Part shown: in pieces, positions 1-9,462 of the stretch
How the letters are laid out: each line of letters opens with the position of its first letter
How positions within the stretch are numbered: the first letter of the stretch is position 1
Source: an uncultured Acidimicrobiia bacterium
GTDB lineage: Bacteria; Acidobacteriota; Terriglobia; Versatilivoradales; Versatilivoraceae
Direction: 5' to 3'
Length of the DNA stretch: 64,000 nt
Assembly (NCBI GenBank): GCA_963786955.1
Contig: CAWBAT010000005.1
Coordinates: 1,280,001 to 1,344,000, forward strand
Notes under the pieces: model-generated
The model's database searches: none
The model's input: the letters and a program-made list of their open reading frames with translations, nothing else
Told to the model about the DNA's origin: nothing
Position numbers and translations under genes: made by a program

Positions 1-180
1 GACCGTGCGGCTGCACTGAAGACGGTCCACGGCTACCTCGATGATATTGGAATATCCTATTGTGGACGATATGGAGATTGGGGATATATGTGGACGGACG
101 AGAGCTTCAAGAGCGGGGAGTGTGCCGCAGAACGGGCTCTTTCAACCCTGGTGGCTAGACCCCAACAGAGCATATTGTAG
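1..180 (+). CDS. 3' end of FAD-dependent oxidoreductase (protoporphyrinogen oxidase/UDP-galactopyranose mutase-like), truncated by window edge
   Basis: Frame 1 is open to TAG 178-180: DRAAALKTVHGYLDDIGISYCGRYGDWGYMWTDESFKSGECAAERAL; GRYGxWxY...D-S..SG is the typical C-terminal FAD-binding motif. Confidence 0.7.
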   Translation, partial: DRAAALKTVHGYLDDIGISYCGRYGDWGYMWTDESFKSGECAAERALSTLVARPQQSIL

Positions 181-195
181 AAAGGAGTACTTCAC

Positions 196-981
196 ATGAA
201 GGTCGTTCTCTTTTGCGGAGGGCTGGGAATGAGGATAAGGGAAAACAACGAAAGCCTCCCCAAGCCCATGGTTCATCTCGGTTACAGGCCGCTCTTGTGG
301 CATGTGATGAAATATTACGCGCACTTCGGCCATAAGGACTTCATCCTTTGCCTCGGTTATCGATCCGATGTCATAAAGAATTACTTCCTGGGATATAGCG
401 AATGCCTTTCCAATGATTTCCTTCTGTCGAAGGGAGGCAAGGACATTAAGTTATATTCCTCAGACATCAGCGATTGGAAGATAACCTTTGCAGATACTGG
501 CGTCAATTCCAACATTGGCCAGAGACTCAAGGCGATTGAGACTTATTTAAAGGATGAAGAGATATTCCTGGCGAATTACAGTGATAACTTAACGGACCTC
601 CCTCTTCCAAAGCTGTTGGATTACTCTCATGAGCGCGATAAGGTGGCTACACTGCTTTGTGTGAAACCTAATATGAGTGTTCACTCAGTCTCTTTAGATT
701 CATTGGGAAGCATCAAAGAGATATCAGAAATCGATCGAACGAATCTTCGGATAAACGGTGGATACTTCGTTTTCAAAAGAGAAATTTTTAAATATTTAAG
801 GGATGGCGAGGAGTTAGTAAATGAACCTTTTCAGCGTTTGATCGTTGAAAACCAGCTGGTTGGTTATCCTTACGATGGTTTCTGGAAGGCAATGGACACT
901 TTTAAGGACAGGCAGCAATTGGAGGCCTTGCATGCCACGGGAAAAGCCCCTTGGGAAATTTGGAAGAATAATGGCAAGTAA
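196..981 (+). CDS. rfbF: Glucose-1-phosphate cytidylyltransferase-like sugar nucleotidyltransferase
   Basis: VLFCGGLGMRIRE..PKPMV, LCLGY, INGGYFVF, FWKAMDTFKD motifs; AAGGAG RBS. Confidence 0.85.
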   Translation: MKVVLFCGGLGMRIRENNESLPKPMVHLGYRPLLWHVMKYYAHFGHKDFILCLGYRSDVIKNYFLGYSECLSNDFLLSKGGKDIKLYSSDISDWKITFADTGVNSNIGQRLKAIETYLKDEEIFLANYSDNLTDLPLPKLLDYSHERDKVATLLCVKPNMSVHSVSLDSLGSIKEISEIDRTNLRINGGYFVFKREIFKYLRDGEELVNEPFQRLIVENQLVGYPYDGFWKAMDTFKDRQQLEALHATGKAPWEIWKNNGK

Positions 982-1030
982 TTATGGACCTGAACCTTAA
1001 ACCCATGCATTTTGAAAGGTGCCATTATTT

Positions 1031-1681
1031 ATGCTGAAGCTACAGCTCCCTAACAAGCGTTCTAACTACCAGATTCTATGTGTAGGAGCTCATTCCGACG
1101 ACATCGAAATTGGGTGTGGCGGAGCAATTCTAAAGCTGATCAAGGAGTGTAAGAATCTGACGATTCACTGGATCGTATTTAGTGCGGAACCAGAACGGAA
1201 ACGCGAAGCTTTGAGGAGCGCAAGGCTTTTCTTGAAGGGAACAGCAACTGAGAACCTCTCGGTCAAAGAATTCAGAGGCAGCTTCTTTCCCGATCAGTAC
1301 GCTCAAATCAAGGAAGCATTCGAGCTAATCAAAGGGAAGAACTCACCCGACCTGATCTTTACGCACAGCCGCCACGATTTGCATCAAGACCATCGGGTTA
1401 TCAATGAACTTACCTGGAACACGTTCCGCGACCATTTCATTCTGGAGTACGAGATCCCTAAGTACGACGGTGATTTAGGGAATCCCAATTTTTACATCCA
1501 GTTGGACGAATCGCTTTGTGCACGCAAGCTCCAATACGTTCTTCAATCCTTCAAGACGCAACGGACCAAACACTGGTTTACGGAAGACACATTCAGAGCC
1601 CTTCTGAGGTTGCGAGGTATCGAGTCTGGTGCTTCTGCAAAGTATGCAGAAGCCTTCTATGCAAGGAAGATTGCCCTATAA
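1031..1681 (+). CDS. PIG-L family N-acetyl sugar deacetylase
   Basis: GAHSDDIEIGCGG and HQDH motifs; start at ATG 1031 assumed. Confidence 0.85.
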   Translation: MLKLQLPNKRSNYQILCVGAHSDDIEIGCGGAILKLIKECKNLTIHWIVFSAEPERKREALRSARLFLKGTATENLSVKEFRGSFFPDQYAQIKEAFELIKGKNSPDLIFTHSRHDLHQDHRVINELTWNTFRDHFILEYEIPKYDGDLGNPNFYIQLDESLCARKLQYVLQSFKTQRTKHWFTEDTFRALLRLRGIESGASAKYAEAFYARKIAL

Positions 1682-1934
1682 AAAATATGAACTCACGAAG
1701 TAAAGTTACGTTTTGTGTCATCCTCGAATCGTTCCCAGTAATCCAGGGGGTTGGCCAATTTTTGAACATTCCCTGTTGGGGAATGAATATACCAGCAGGA
1801 AGTTATTACAAAACCAAATCCACCTTTAGGAGTGGGGATCTCCTCCCTTTGCTATCGAGGGTAAACCCGTTGAGCGGAGTTCTTCCGAATTGAAACTTGA
1901 AGGATAGGATACTGAAACGACTAACCGGAGTAGG

Positions 1935-3281
1935 TTGCTCCGGATTAATGGGGCCATGGAGATATCGATGATCACAAGAGTCCTCCCAGATCGCTTGGTT
2001 GGCGTTGAATTGAAGAAAGCCTGCTATTCCGCGCACAACAATTTGGGCAGGCTCCTCTTCTTGTTACGAAATTCGAACTACTCATTCACCCGATATATTC
2101 TCAAAGACTTCATCAGATTCCTGACAAACTCGGTTGTACCGGTAGAAGGACAATCGAGAGAAAGAGCTCGCGAAGCGGCAGACTGGCTCATCAGAGCGTG
2201 GTATGCGACGTCTAATTTTGGTGTGTCTTATGGATATTTCCCGTGTGATAACGAGAAAGGCTGGCTCGATTCTTACCCAGAGACGACAGGTTACATCATT
2301 CCCACAATGCTTGAGTTTGCCCGCCGCTACAGATATGACGCCGCCAGGAGCATGGCCCTGAAAATGTCGCGATGGGAAATGGACATTCAAATGGAATCAG
2401 GAGCCGTTCAGGGAGGACGTTTTTCACACTTGCAACCCCAGGCGGCTTCAGTCTTCAACACCGGTATGGTTCTTAAAGGTTGGAGCGCTGCATATCGGGA
2501 ATGTCATGATGAGAGCTTTCTCCTCGCGGCAAAGAAAGCGGCGGCCTTTATGCTCAATGATCTGGATGACGATGGTTACTTCAGAACGCACGGTCCATTT
2601 GTCAAACAAGAGAGGATCAAGACATACAATTGCCTTTGTGCGTGGAGTCTGTTCTGCCACGGAGAAGATGCAGCCGATAGCTCTTGTAAAGAGGCTGCTA
2701 TCAAGGTGACCGAATCAGCGCTTCGCCAGCAGAAACCGAATGGCTGGTTCGCTAACAATTGCCTGACAAATGGGGAGGCACCCTTGCTCCACACCATTGG
2801 CTATACACTCCAAGGAATTCTGGAGATGGGATTTCTGACCGGTCGGAGCGATTACATCGAGGCCGTTCGACTTGGCACCGATCCGCTAATTTCGCGCATT
2901 TCAACGAAAGGTTTTCTGTATGGTCGCTACAAACCGGATTGGGAGCCTGCCAACTCATCGAGTTGCCTTACCGGCTCCGCACAGCTCGCAGTCGTTTGCT
3001 ACAGACTGTACGAATATACCGGAGCTGACCAATATCGACTCGCGGCAGATCGGTTGTTGAACTATTTGAAAGCCTTGCAGGACGTAAAGACCAGCAATCT
3101 GTCCATCAAGGGGGCAATCGCTGGCTCGTTTCCTCTCTTTGGAGAATACATGACCGCAGGGTACCCGAATTGGGCTACCAAATATTACCTCGACGGGTTG
3201 ATATTACAGGATCGGCTTGGCCACGTAGTTGACGCCGGCTCCGCCGAGGCATTGAAGCAAAAAACCGTCGGGATTCATTGA
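1935..3281 (+). CDS. (alpha/alpha)-barrel protein, prenyltransferase/squalene-cyclase-repeat-like, EPS-cluster associated
   Basis: YPETTGYIIPT, repeated Q..xG.W/F motifs, YPNWATKYYLD; start uncertain (1935/1956/1968). Confidence 0.6.
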   Translation: MLRINGAMEISMITRVLPDRLVGVELKKACYSAHNNLGRLLFLLRNSNYSFTRYILKDFIRFLTNSVVPVEGQSRERAREAADWLIRAWYATSNFGVSYGYFPCDNEKGWLDSYPETTGYIIPTMLEFARRYRYDAARSMALKMSRWEMDIQMESGAVQGGRFSHLQPQAASVFNTGMVLKGWSAAYRECHDESFLLAAKKAAAFMLNDLDDDGYFRTHGPFVKQERIKTYNCLCAWSLFCHGEDAADSSCKEAAIKVTESALRQQKPNGWFANNCLTNGEAPLLHTIGYTLQGILEMGFLTGRSDYIEAVRLGTDPLISRISTKGFLYGRYKPDWEPANSSSCLTGSAQLAVVCYRLYEYTGADQYRLAADRLLNYLKALQDVKTSNLSIKGAIAGSFPLFGEYMTAGYPNWATKYYLDGLILQDRLGHVVDAGSAEALKQKTVGIH

Positions 3282-3563
3282 GTGCTTCATTCTTCGAGAA
3301 GCCTCCCCTCCCTCATTTTCTCCTAGAAAGATCATTCAAGCAGTCATCCCATATTAGGATATTGGCCGACTCCTGGTGTTTGAAAATCTCGATGGTCACG
3401 GCGGTCGCAAACTCGACCGCGCCGACCGATTTTTCGTAGTGAATTCCAGCGCGCAGGTGATTACAGAGGGGCCCATCATCCGCAAACTTCTCATGATTTA
3501 CCGCATGTCCACCGGCCTTTGTCGGGTAACGCCCGGCGTTCTCTGTCATTAGCTCTCCCACTC

Positions 3564-5069
3564 ATGTCAAGAAGCGTTCAAAGCAAGATGATGCACGGCG
3601 CCTTTTGGATGGTGCTATTGAAGCTCGCGGACCACGGCCTTGGGTTTACCAGTATGCTTATCCTGGTGCGCCTGCTCTCGCCGGCGGATTTTGGAATCGC
3701 TGCCATGGGAGGTTCTTTTGTCGCATTGGCAGAATTACTCACTGCCTTAGGGTTCGACTACGCACTGATTCAACATCCGAAACCAACCCAGGAACACTAT
3801 CACACGGCGTGGACATGCAACGTGCTTCTCGGATCCGCTGTTACCGCTCTCTCGCTTGCGGTCGCTTGGCCGGTCGCCCAGTTTTACCGCCAACCTAAAG
3901 TGTTCTGGGTGATGTGTGCACTTGCATTCGGTCCTCTTCTGGCGTCCCTGGAGAACATTGGCATCGTCAACTTTCGAAAGGAGTTGCAATTCCGCAAAGA
4001 GTTCACGTTCCGATTGAGCCGCCGGATCTTTACTTTCCTCGTGGCCTTGCCGCTGGCCTTTTGGTGGCGCAGCTACTGGGCGCTGGTTGTCGGAATCTTG
4101 ATAAACAAGCTAGGCGTTTCCGTGTTGAGCTACATGGCGCACGAATTTCGGCCGCGCTTTTGTCTAGAGCACGTAAAGGAACTGTTCGGTGTATCGAAGT
4201 GGCTCTTAATTAGCAACATAATCAGCTCCTTAAGGCAGCGATCCACAGATTTCGTCATCGGGAGATGGCACGGTGCAGCGGCCCTTGGGTTCTATGGCAT
4301 TAGCTATGAAATCGCCAACACGCCGACGGCCGATTTGAGCGCCTCCATCAATCGGGCATTGATGCCGGGTTTCGCAAAGATTGAGACCGGCAATGAACTC
4401 CGTGCTGCTTACGGCAACGCGATGAGCGTCCTCGCAATGATTGCCCTGCCTGCCGGGGCTGGCGTCTATGGGGTAGCGCCATTCCTCGTGCCTGTCGTGC
4501 TTGGAAGTAAATGGTTACAGAGCACGGCGTTGGTGGAGATCCTCGCCTTCAATGGTGTCGTTCTCCTGTTCCATTCCTCTATTTGTGCAGTGCTCTTGGG
4601 GAGAGGTTATCCCGATGTCGTTACAAAGACCAGTGCCCTGTACGTCCCGTTGTTTTTCGGGTTGCTGGCTCTGTTCGGTGCCCATTATGGCGTTGCCGGC
4701 GTCGCATACTCGTCGTTGGCAACGTCGGTCATGATGACTCCCCTCTACCTTTATCACGTAAAACGGCGGATTGGGGTTGCATCTGAAGTATTCCTACGGG
4801 CGATCACCCGACCAGCAATCGCTTCCATTCTAATGGCATGGATCGTGCGCATGGTGCTCCCAGCCTATGAGCTCTCAATGTCGACGCGACACGCAGCCTC
4901 CTTGCTGATTGGTGGCGCAGCTCTGGGCGTTGCGGTCTATGCAGTTGCAATAGGGCTGCTATGGCTCCAAGCTGGACGTCCCGCCAGCGCGGAGCGCCTT
5001 GTGCTTGCGCGTATCCGAAGAGCAACCGCCTCGGTTAGCGTCGGCAGCTCACTGTGGAACGGTAAATGA
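3564..5069 (+). CDS. wzx: Wzx-type oligosaccharide flippase (WzxC-like)
   Basis: LVRLLSPADFGI motif, about 12-14 hydrophobic segments, G.AALGFY. Confidence 0.85.
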   Translation: MSRSVQSKMMHGAFWMVLLKLADHGLGFTSMLILVRLLSPADFGIAAMGGSFVALAELLTALGFDYALIQHPKPTQEHYHTAWTCNVLLGSAVTALSLAVAWPVAQFYRQPKVFWVMCALAFGPLLASLENIGIVNFRKELQFRKEFTFRLSRRIFTFLVALPLAFWWRSYWALVVGILINKLGVSVLSYMAHEFRPRFCLEHVKELFGVSKWLLISNIISSLRQRSTDFVIGRWHGAAALGFYGISYEIANTPTADLSASINRALMPGFAKIETGNELRAAYGNAMSVLAMIALPAGAGVYGVAPFLVPVVLGSKWLQSTALVEILAFNGVVLLFHSSICAVLLGRGYPDVVTKTSALYVPLFFGLLALFGAHYGVAGVAYSSLATSVMMTPLYLYHVKRRIGVASEVFLRAITRPAIASILMAWIVRMVLPAYELSMSTRHAASLLIGGAALGVAVYAVAIGLLWLQAGRPASAERLVLARIRRATASVSVGSSLWNGK

Positions 5070-5153
5070 TTGTTGGCCGAAAAATAGAATTTGGGCCGGA
5101 TTTGTTCAATTCGGTGGACACAGAGCCACCCGTCGCCTTCAGAATTTGTTCTA

Positions 5154-6092
5154 ATGTCGCGTTTTCTGGATGGGAAATTGCGAAACATCTTAACCATTGA
5201 CGTCGAGGATTACTTCCAAGCCAGTGCATTTGACCGGATCATTGGTCGCGGTGAGTGGGATCGCGTCGAAAGCCGGGTGACAGTGAACACTGAAATAATT
5301 CTGGAACTCATGGCCGCCAAAAACGTAATGGCAACATTCTTCATTCTCGGTTGGGTGGCTGAGCGATTTCCTGACTTGGTTGCACGGATCCACTCGCAAG
5401 GGCACGAGGTTGCCTGTCATGGTTACAGTCACAAACTCATCTATCAGCAGACTCGCCAGGAGTTTGCTGAGGAAACACGTCGAGCCAAGTCGGTCCTGGA
5501 AGACATTATTGGCCGCCCCGTGGTTTCCTATCGGGCGGCCAGCTACTCAGTCACCAGGAAGTCTCAATGGGCTCTGCAGATCCTGGCTGAGGAAGGCTTT
5601 CAGTACGATTCCAGCATCTTCCCCATTGTTCACGACCGGTACGGAGTGCCTAGTTCTCCCCGTTACCCATTTCGACTAAAGCTGGAAGACGGAAAGGAAC
5701 TGTTCGAGTTTCCGATTTCCACTCTCCGAGTATTGGGCATTAACTTTCCTATGGCAGGGGGAGGATACTTCAGACTATTGCCCTATGTTGCTACCAGGAA
5801 AGCGGTCTGCAGGCTTAACTCTCGGGATAGGCTGCCGCTGATTTTTTACCTGCATCCATGGGAGTTTGATCCCGAGCAACCGCGACTGCGAGTCGGAAGA
5901 TCCACAAGATTTCGGCATTATTTGAATCTCAAGCGAACCGGTGATCGTTTTCAATGCCTGTTGCGGGACTTTGAGTTCAGTTCGCTGGCAGAGATCGCAT
6001 CCACCATGAATTTTCCCAGCTTGGCTCTTGACGAAGTCATGAACAATTCCCAAGGGAAGTCCGCCAAGATCGATTCGGCGAAAAAGGTTTAG
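5154..6092 (+). CDS. Exosortase-system polysaccharide deacetylase (CE4 + DUF3473-like)
   Basis: TIDVEDYFQ, ATFFILGWVAE, HEVACHGYSH, GGGYFRLLPY, FYLHPWEFDPEQP. Confidence 0.88.
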   Translation: MSRFLDGKLRNILTIDVEDYFQASAFDRIIGRGEWDRVESRVTVNTEIILELMAAKNVMATFFILGWVAERFPDLVARIHSQGHEVACHGYSHKLIYQQTRQEFAEETRRAKSVLEDIIGRPVVSYRAASYSVTRKSQWALQILAEEGFQYDSSIFPIVHDRYGVPSSPRYPFRLKLEDGKELFEFPISTLRVLGINFPMAGGGYFRLLPYVATRKAVCRLNSRDRLPLIFYLHPWEFDPEQPRLRVGRSTRFRHYLNLKRTGDRFQCLLRDFEFSSLAEIASTMNFPSLALDEVMNNSQGKSAKIDSAKKV

Positions 6093-6223
6093 TAGATGCT
6101 CATGGGTAGCTCGGTTTTGCATATTCTAGAGACACTTGGCTTTTATACCTGTCACGAGAATGATCGGTCCTATCATCAGAAAACGCATCAGCTTATGAGT
6201 CGACTTTTTTCAGACATTCAACC

Positions 6224-7537
6224 ATGCGCATAGGGAGAACTCTACCGCCTGCAGCGGCCCCCTTCGGCATCAGGGAAATTTATTCTGGAATTTGCGGGAT
6301 TGTTAACGGTCGGAATGAATTGGCTCGTTTTGAGTCAGAATTAAAGGAACACTTTGGTGTTCAACACTGCTTCCTCGTCTCTTCGGGAAAGGCCGCTCTC
6401 ACCTTGATTCTCCTGGCCCTCAAAGATTTGTCGCCCGATAGAGATGAGGTTCTCATCCCTGCATTCACCTGTTATTCAGTGCCTTCGTCAATCATTCGCG
6501 CAGGTCTCAGCATGCGGTTATGTGACCTGCACCCGGATGGTCTGGATTTTGACTTTGATCATTTGTCGGCAATGCTTTCTAGATCATCCCTCTTAGGCGA
6601 GGCCGATGATTCCCTTTCCGAAGGCGTCACGGATTCACCGGACAAAGCTTCGGATGAGGCAGGTGATTCCAGGGACTCGACCCAGCGGCTTCTGGCCGTT
6701 GTTCCCACCCATCTATTGGGTGTTCCGGCTGATGTCATGAGATTGAGGGGAATAGTTCATGACTCCAGGGTTACATTCGTTGAGGATGCTGCGCAGGCCA
6801 TGGGGGGGGAGTACGAGGGCAGGAAGCTTGGAACCCTTGGCGACGTCGGATTTTTCAGCCTGGGACGCGGGAAGGCATTTTCAACGGTTGAGGGAGGTGT
6901 CATCTTGACGGATCGGGATGATATCGCTGAAAAACTCAAGCGTCACGTGGCAGGCCTCCCTTCTTATAGTCTATTGGAATTGCTGAATCTGTTTATGAAG
7001 GCCGTGTTGCTCAGGCTTTTCCTCCATCCGCTCCTGTTCTGGATTCCCCGGTCTATGCCATTCCTTAAACTCGGGGAGACATTTTTCGAGCCGAATTTTC
7101 CGATTCGGAAAATGTCCTCCTTTCAGGCAGGTCTCGCCAGAAATCGGCCGGCCAGACTCCAGAAACTTCAGGAGGGTCGAAGAAGAAATGTGAAGCGATG
7201 GATTGCAGCCCTCGACGCCCTTGGAATTCACAGGTTACCTTTCAATCATTGCTCAGGGTCTGGCCTCATCCGATTTCCTGTTAGGGTCAAGGGTGTTGAA
7301 AAAAGAGAATCCCTGTTGCGGGAAAGCGCGGTAAGAGGCTTAGGAATTATGCCGATGTACCCAGATACCATCGCGCGTCTTCCGGAGTTAAGAGGAACTA
7401 TGGATGCTCGAGAGTTTCCCGTGGCCGAACGTTGCGCCAAAGAACTCGTCACATTGCCCACCCATGAATATGTTACCCGGAAAGATGTAATGAAGATCAG
7501 CCAACTTCTCGCTCATACACTCACCTCTAAACTCTGA
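6224..7537 (+). CDS. DegT/DnrJ/EryC1/StrS family PLP-dependent sugar aminotransferase
   Basis: SSGKAAL, EDAAQAMG, FFSLGRGK..EGG (catalytic Lys), LVTLPTH. Confidence 0.85.
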   Translation: MRIGRTLPPAAAPFGIREIYSGICGIVNGRNELARFESELKEHFGVQHCFLVSSGKAALTLILLALKDLSPDRDEVLIPAFTCYSVPSSIIRAGLSMRLCDLHPDGLDFDFDHLSAMLSRSSLLGEADDSLSEGVTDSPDKASDEAGDSRDSTQRLLAVVPTHLLGVPADVMRLRGIVHDSRVTFVEDAAQAMGGEYEGRKLGTLGDVGFFSLGRGKAFSTVEGGVILTDRDDIAEKLKRHVAGLPSYSLLELLNLFMKAVLLRLFLHPLLFWIPRSMPFLKLGETFFEPNFPIRKMSSFQAGLARNRPARLQKLQEGRRRNVKRWIAALDALGIHRLPFNHCSGSGLIRFPVRVKGVEKRESLLRESAVRGLGIMPMYPDTIARLPELRGTMDAREFPVAERCAKELVTLPTHEYVTRKDVMKISQLLAHTLTSKL

Positions 7538-7643
7538 AAATCTTCTTGATGATTGAATCGATTGGCGTTAGAAGACCAGTGCTGCAGTTTTTCCAAAGAG
7601 TCCTTGAATGTTCGTAGCACATCAATAAATATTGGCCGAGCCT

Positions 7644-8738
7644 ATGAAGCATGTGTTGCATCTGACAGAAACTTCCGACACCGGCGGTGCGGAAAACATG
7701 TTCATCAGCTTGATTGAGAATCTGGACAAAACCCGTTACAAGTCCATTGCCTGTCTGCTGGGAGATGGATGGCTCAAGACCCAATTACAGAGGCGGGGGA
7801 TCGAAACCATAGTGGTCCCGCAGCGTCATTCTTTCGATTTTCCTTGGCTCTTTCGGCTTACCAGGCTGCTGAGGGACCGTTCGATACACGTGATGCACGC
7901 GCATGAGTTTGCAATGAACGTGTACGGAAGTCTGCTTTCCAAGATGACGGGAATTCCTATCATTACAACAGTACATGGGAAAAACTATTATTGGGAAAAA
8001 TGGCGCCGCCGATTGGCCTACCGATTCGCAGCGCGGCAATCAACCATGGTGGCTGTTTCTGAAGATCTTAAGCAGTTCTTGATGCAACGGGTCGCGATCC
8101 CTGCTGAGAATATCCGGGTTATACATAATGGTATTGATTTTCACGGCTATGGGGAGATGGACCGGAACAATACAATCCGGCGGGAACTGGGCATCGACGC
8201 GAAACAGCCCGTCATTGGTACGGTAGGCAATCTTTTCGCCGTGAAGGGACAAATTTACCTCCTCCGGGCTTGCAAGTCCGTAGCAAAGACTTTCCCGGAC
8301 TTTGTACTGCTGGTAGCTGGTGAGGGTGAGGAGTTGGGTTCCCTTGAAGAAGAAGCCTGCAATCTCGGAATTCGAGGCAACGTCAAGTTCTTGGGGTTTC
8401 GTGAGGATGTTCCCTCTCTCCTTCAGACGATGGATGTCTTTGTCCTGCCCTCCCTTTCCGAAGGGCTGCCGCTTTCCGTCTTGGAAGCATTCGCCTTGCG
8501 GAAACCCGTTGTAGCCACGAGCGTGGGGGGAATTCCTGAAATCGTGCAAGACGAGGCCACCGGTTATCTCGTGCCTCCGAAAAGTCCGGAAGCTCTGGCG
8601 GTGAGGATTATTGGGTTGCTTCGCGATCCTCAGAAAGCTGCAAAAATTGGAAAGGCTGGCCGGGAGAGAGTGGAAGAGGCTTTTGGCTTGGAGCAGATGG
8701 TACAGAAATATCAGTCTCTTTACGACAACGATCAATGA
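7644..8738 (+). CDS. Glycosyltransferase family 4
   Basis: GGAE, HNGID, VFVLPSLSEGLPLSVLEA...VGGIPE. Confidence 0.9.
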   Translation: MKHVLHLTETSDTGGAENMFISLIENLDKTRYKSIACLLGDGWLKTQLQRRGIETIVVPQRHSFDFPWLFRLTRLLRDRSIHVMHAHEFAMNVYGSLLSKMTGIPIITTVHGKNYYWEKWRRRLAYRFAARQSTMVAVSEDLKQFLMQRVAIPAENIRVIHNGIDFHGYGEMDRNNTIRRELGIDAKQPVIGTVGNLFAVKGQIYLLRACKSVAKTFPDFVLLVAGEGEELGSLEEEACNLGIRGNVKFLGFREDVPSLLQTMDVFVLPSLSEGLPLSVLEAFALRKPVVATSVGGIPEIVQDEATGYLVPPKSPEALAVRIIGLLRDPQKAAKIGKAGRERVEEAFGLEQMVQKYQSLYDNDQ

Positions 8739-8830
8739 AGTTCTCGATTGACCGCTTGAATCAGGCGACGACGATCTTGACAGGCACCGCTTCTTCATTA
8801 TTGGCTCTGGTCTTGAACCGCTGATACGAA

Positions 8831-8957
8831 GTAATGCTTTTCATAAATAGAATGATGTTAACGCCGGGTCGGTGACCCGGCCTACAACTTTGTAGGCCGC
8901 GTGCCCCCACGCGGCGCCTGTCCTAATATTCGTCACTCTAATTACGAATCGCAGTAC
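8831..8957. mobile_element. MITE-like element with ~29-bp imperfect terminal inverted repeats enclosing two GTAG-type REP hairpins (copy 1)
   Basis: gtaatgcttttcataaatagaatgatg...cgtcactctaattacgaatcgcagtac; second copy at 30709-30806. Confidence 0.65.
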
Positions 8958-8971
8958 TAAGTTGCTGACGA

Positions 8972-9344
8972 TTGAATACATTAAGTCGAGCTACCCCCCC
9001 CCCAGGAGATGCGAATGGAGACAAGTCCCCTCTCGGGAGGGGAGTGAAGGCTTGATAAGCCTTCACGCGTCATTAGCCCTCAGGGGTGGGTATGATTGGC
9101 ACTGGGAGCGCTGGCATCCTGCCCGCTTTTCGTCACCGATGCCCCCCAAGGTGTGAAATATTGGTTTCGGTGTTGCTCTGAGAGTGTCCCCCTTGGTTAA
9201 GGGGGACTGTAGGGGGGGGGTCCAGCAGCACTAACGACTACCCCCTAGCCCCCTCCTTACCCAAGGAGGGGAACCGATATTGAATTTTTTCACACCTCCC
9301 CACCAGCGGAAGGGAATTCAGACTGTGGCCGTTTGAATGCGACT
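8972..9344. repeat. Composite palindromic repeat element (copy 1)
   Basis: Both ends shared with 18013-18279; inner aggtgtgaaa...tttcacacct inverted pair (9149-9297); several CCCC/GGGG hairpins. Confidence 0.6.
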
Positions 9345-9347
9345 GGG

Positions 9348-9461
9348 TATGTGAGCCAAACTCGGAATATAACCACAGGCAATTTAGAGAATGGTTCTGT
9401 GCCGCCGTTCTGGGATGGAAAGACAGCAGAAGGGATAGTAGCCGATATTGAGGGTTTTTTT
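9348..9461 (+). pseudogene. C-terminal remnant of a UDP-GlcNAc 2-epimerase (wecB-like)
   Basis: GSVPPFWDGKTAEGIVADIEGFF matches the WecB terminus (in-window WecB: EPRYWDGKAGKRIVKIL). Confidence 0.55.
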
Positions 9462-9462
9462 C

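Noticed and set aside
8040-8798. 252-aa antisense ORF (also 21023-21712, 23283-23969 and many short ones)
   Set aside because: Shadow or alternative frames of well-supported genes with no recognisable motifs.
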